Shown: in pieces, positions 51,734 to 53,493 of the stretch
Numbering within the stretch: position 1 is the stretch's first letter
Layout: each line of letters opens with the position of its first letter
DNA from: Gemmatimonadota bacterium
GTDB lineage: Bacteria > Orphanbacterota > Orphanbacteria > Orphanbacterales > Orphanbacteraceae
Assembly: GCA_020061515.1 (NCBI GenBank)
Contig: JAGUYC010000066.1
Location: 1-53,493 of the forward strand
Reading direction: 5' to 3'
DNA: 53,493 nt
The notes under the pieces: generated by a model
Told to the model about the DNA's origin: nothing
What the model saw: the letters and a program-made list of their open reading frames with translations, nothing else
The model's database searches: none
Translations under genes and position numbers: made by a program

Positions 51734-52762
51734 ATGAAGATCGAAGCGGAAGGCGCCCCGCATCCGGCGCTCTGGTGGCGGGAAGAGAACGGGCGCGTCG
51801 TCTGCACCCTCTGCCCCCGCTTCTGCAGCCTGCGCGAAGGACAGGCGGGCTTCTGCTTCATCCGCAAGAACGTCGGCGGCGCGCTCGTTTCGCTCGGCTA
51901 CGGGCGGCCGACCGGTTTCGGCATCGACCCGGTCGAGAAGAAACCCCTGAACCACTTCCTCCCCGGAACGTCGATCCTCTCGTTCGGAACCGCGGGATGC
52001 AACCTCGGCTGCAAGTTCTGCCAGAACTGGACGACGACGAAGGCCAAGGCGGACGCGGTGCGCACCGTCCGCGCCTCTCCGGAGGACGTCGTGCGGATCG
52101 CAATCGCCGAAGATTGCGTCTCGATCGCCTACACATACAACGACCCGGTCATCTTCGGCGAGTTCGTGATCGACGTCTCCCGCCTCGCGCGCGGGGCGGG
52201 CCTCAAGAACGTGATGGTGACCGCCGGATACATCACCGATGAGGCGCGCGCCGACGTCTTCCGTTTCATCGACGCGGCCAACGTCGATCTCAAGGCTTTC
52301 GACGATGCTTTCTATCAGAAGTACTCCCTCGCCCGCATCGAGCCGGTCAAGGAAACGCTCCTTTGGCTCCGGAATGAGACGGAGATCTGGATCGAAATCA
52401 CAACCCTTCTCATCCCCGGCCTCAACGACTCGCCGGAGGAGATTCGCGCCGAGTGCGCGTGGATTCGGGAGACGCTCGGGGCCGGAACGCCGCTCCACTT
52501 CACCGCCTTTCATCCGGACTACCGGATGAAGGACCTTCCCCGAACGCCCCACGCGACCCTCCGGCACGCCCGCTCGATCGCGAAAGAGGAGGGTCTCGAT
52601 TTCGTTTATATCGGAAACGTCTCGGACGCCGAGGGACAGACGACCTTCTGTCCCGGATGCGGCGCGGTTCTCATCGAAAGAGATTGGCACTCGGTCCGCC
52701 GGAATCGGTTGCGGGGTGGGGCGTGTCCGGATTGCGGCGCGCGGATCCCCGGGGTCTGGTAA
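51734..52762 (+). CDS. amrS: AmmeMemoRadiSam-system radical SAM enzyme
   Basis: CTLCPRFC, DPVEKKPLNHFLPG, GCNLGCKFCQNW, AYTYNDP, FHPDY, C-terminal CxxC pairs. Confidence 0.92.
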   Translation: MKIEAEGAPHPALWWREENGRVVCTLCPRFCSLREGQAGFCFIRKNVGGALVSLGYGRPTGFGIDPVEKKPLNHFLPGTSILSFGTAGCNLGCKFCQNWTTTKAKADAVRTVRASPEDVVRIAIAEDCVSIAYTYNDPVIFGEFVIDVSRLARGAGLKNVMVTAGYITDEARADVFRFIDAANVDLKAFDDAFYQKYSLARIEPVKETLLWLRNETEIWIEITTLLIPGLNDSPEEIRAECAWIRETLGAGTPLHFTAFHPDYRMKDLPRTPHATLRHARSIAKEEGLDFVYIGNVSDAEGQTTFCPGCGAVLIERDWHSVRRNRLRGGACPDCGARIPGVW

Positions 52763-52850
52763 GTCGCCTCTCCCCAACCGCCCTTGCCGCTTTCGCCGTT
52801 CGTGCGGTAAGTGCCCGCATGTCCATTCCCCCCATTGGGAAGTCGGGCAT

Positions 52851-53063
52851 GTATCGAACGCGTGCCCGGATTTCGGAACCGTTCTCGAAACCGATCCGCT
52901 CTTCTGCTCCGCCGAGACGGGGGACTTCGCCCTCTGCTCGAACTCGCCCGCGGCCGGCGGGCCGTGCGGCCTCCTCGGCGCGTTCGACGTCGGATGCGGT
53001 TCGTGCGGTCCGATCCGGACGCAGCCGACGAGCTGGGGAGTGATGAAGAGACTCTTTCGATCG
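52851..53063 (+). pseudogene. Orphan C-terminal fragment of a secreted protein with an SWG tail
   Basis: Reads DPLFCSAETGDFALCSNSP...CGLLGAFDVGCG...TQPTSWGVMKRLFR, then TCG where a TAG stop would be expected. Confidence 0.6.
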
Positions 53064-53242
53064 CGCGGCTCACTGTCGGCCTTCTCACTCGCTCCGTGCG
53101 ATCCCCCGCGCCCCGGTCCGGATGTGTGCGAACAACCGCTGATTCTTCGCTTTCGCCACGTCCCTCTCCACTTTCCAAGAGGATTTCGTTAGAGTAGGAA
53201 CACTCCGCCGGCACGCGGCGGGCCGGGAGGTGATCCTTGCGT

Positions 53243-53493
53243 GTGACGCGAAGCGAAAGGCGTTCAATCCTCTTGCTCGGTCTCGTTCTGACCGTCGCGC
53301 TCGCGGTACGGCTTCTCTTTCTCACTCGGAACGGCCTCTGGTTCGACGAGGCGATCGTCATTCACCGAAGCAGTCTATCGTTCGGGGAGATGCTCCGCTT
53401 CGTCCGCTCGGGCGACAATACTCCTCCTCTTCACTACATCCTCATGTGGGGTTATTTCCGGCTGATCGGGGGGGGGGGGGGGGGGCAGCCCCC
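53243..53493 (+). CDS. 5' part of a GT-C (GT39-like) glycosyltransferase, truncated at the window end
   Basis: GTG start; TM helix then GLWFDEA...DNTPPLHY. Confidence 0.7.
   Translation, partial: MTRSERRSILLLGLVLTVALAVRLLFLTRNGLWFDEAIVIHRSSLSFGEMLRFVRSGDNTPPLHYILMWGYFRLIGGGGGGQP

Noticed and set aside
53468-53485. 18-nt poly-G tract as a phase-variation site
   Set aside because: Lies at the extreme end of the sequence; more likely a sequencing or assembly artefact

Overview
High-GC bacterial chromosomal window; the FlgD-like C-terminal domains and 'SWGxxKxL[YF]R' tails suggest a Ca. Eisenbacteria/Krumholzibacteriota/Latescibacterota-like organism (inference). In order it holds the start of the dcw cluster (mraZ-rsmH-ftsL-ftsI-murE'), acyl-CoA metabolism genes (crotonase, acyl-CoA dehydrogenase, methylmalonyl-CoA mutase and epimerase), secreted proteins, a short RNase R, gdhA with a GAF/PPDK-like/nucleotidyltransferase fusion, xfp-ackA, a Fur-family regulator with katG, comM, a PLP enzyme/DUF1611/PP-loop-creatininase cluster with a nearby enolase-family epimerase, cysK-cysE, an RlmD-like methyltransferase and amrS. 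Five signals stand out. (1) A 26-aa leader peptide with six consecutive Cys codons, missed by the ORF track, forms a complete trp-style terminator/antiterminator attenuator upstream of cysK-cysE. (2) A short shared C-terminal tail on unrelated secreted proteins looks like a sorting signal. (3) A ~180-bp MITE family is present, and one copy splits a TIR-domain gene with a TA duplication. (4) Two Y1/RAYT transposases carry distinct repeat systems, one bounded by 26-bp inverted repeats with a matching 121-bp miniature element. (5) Several genes appear leaderless. All calls come from motif reading; no database searches were run.
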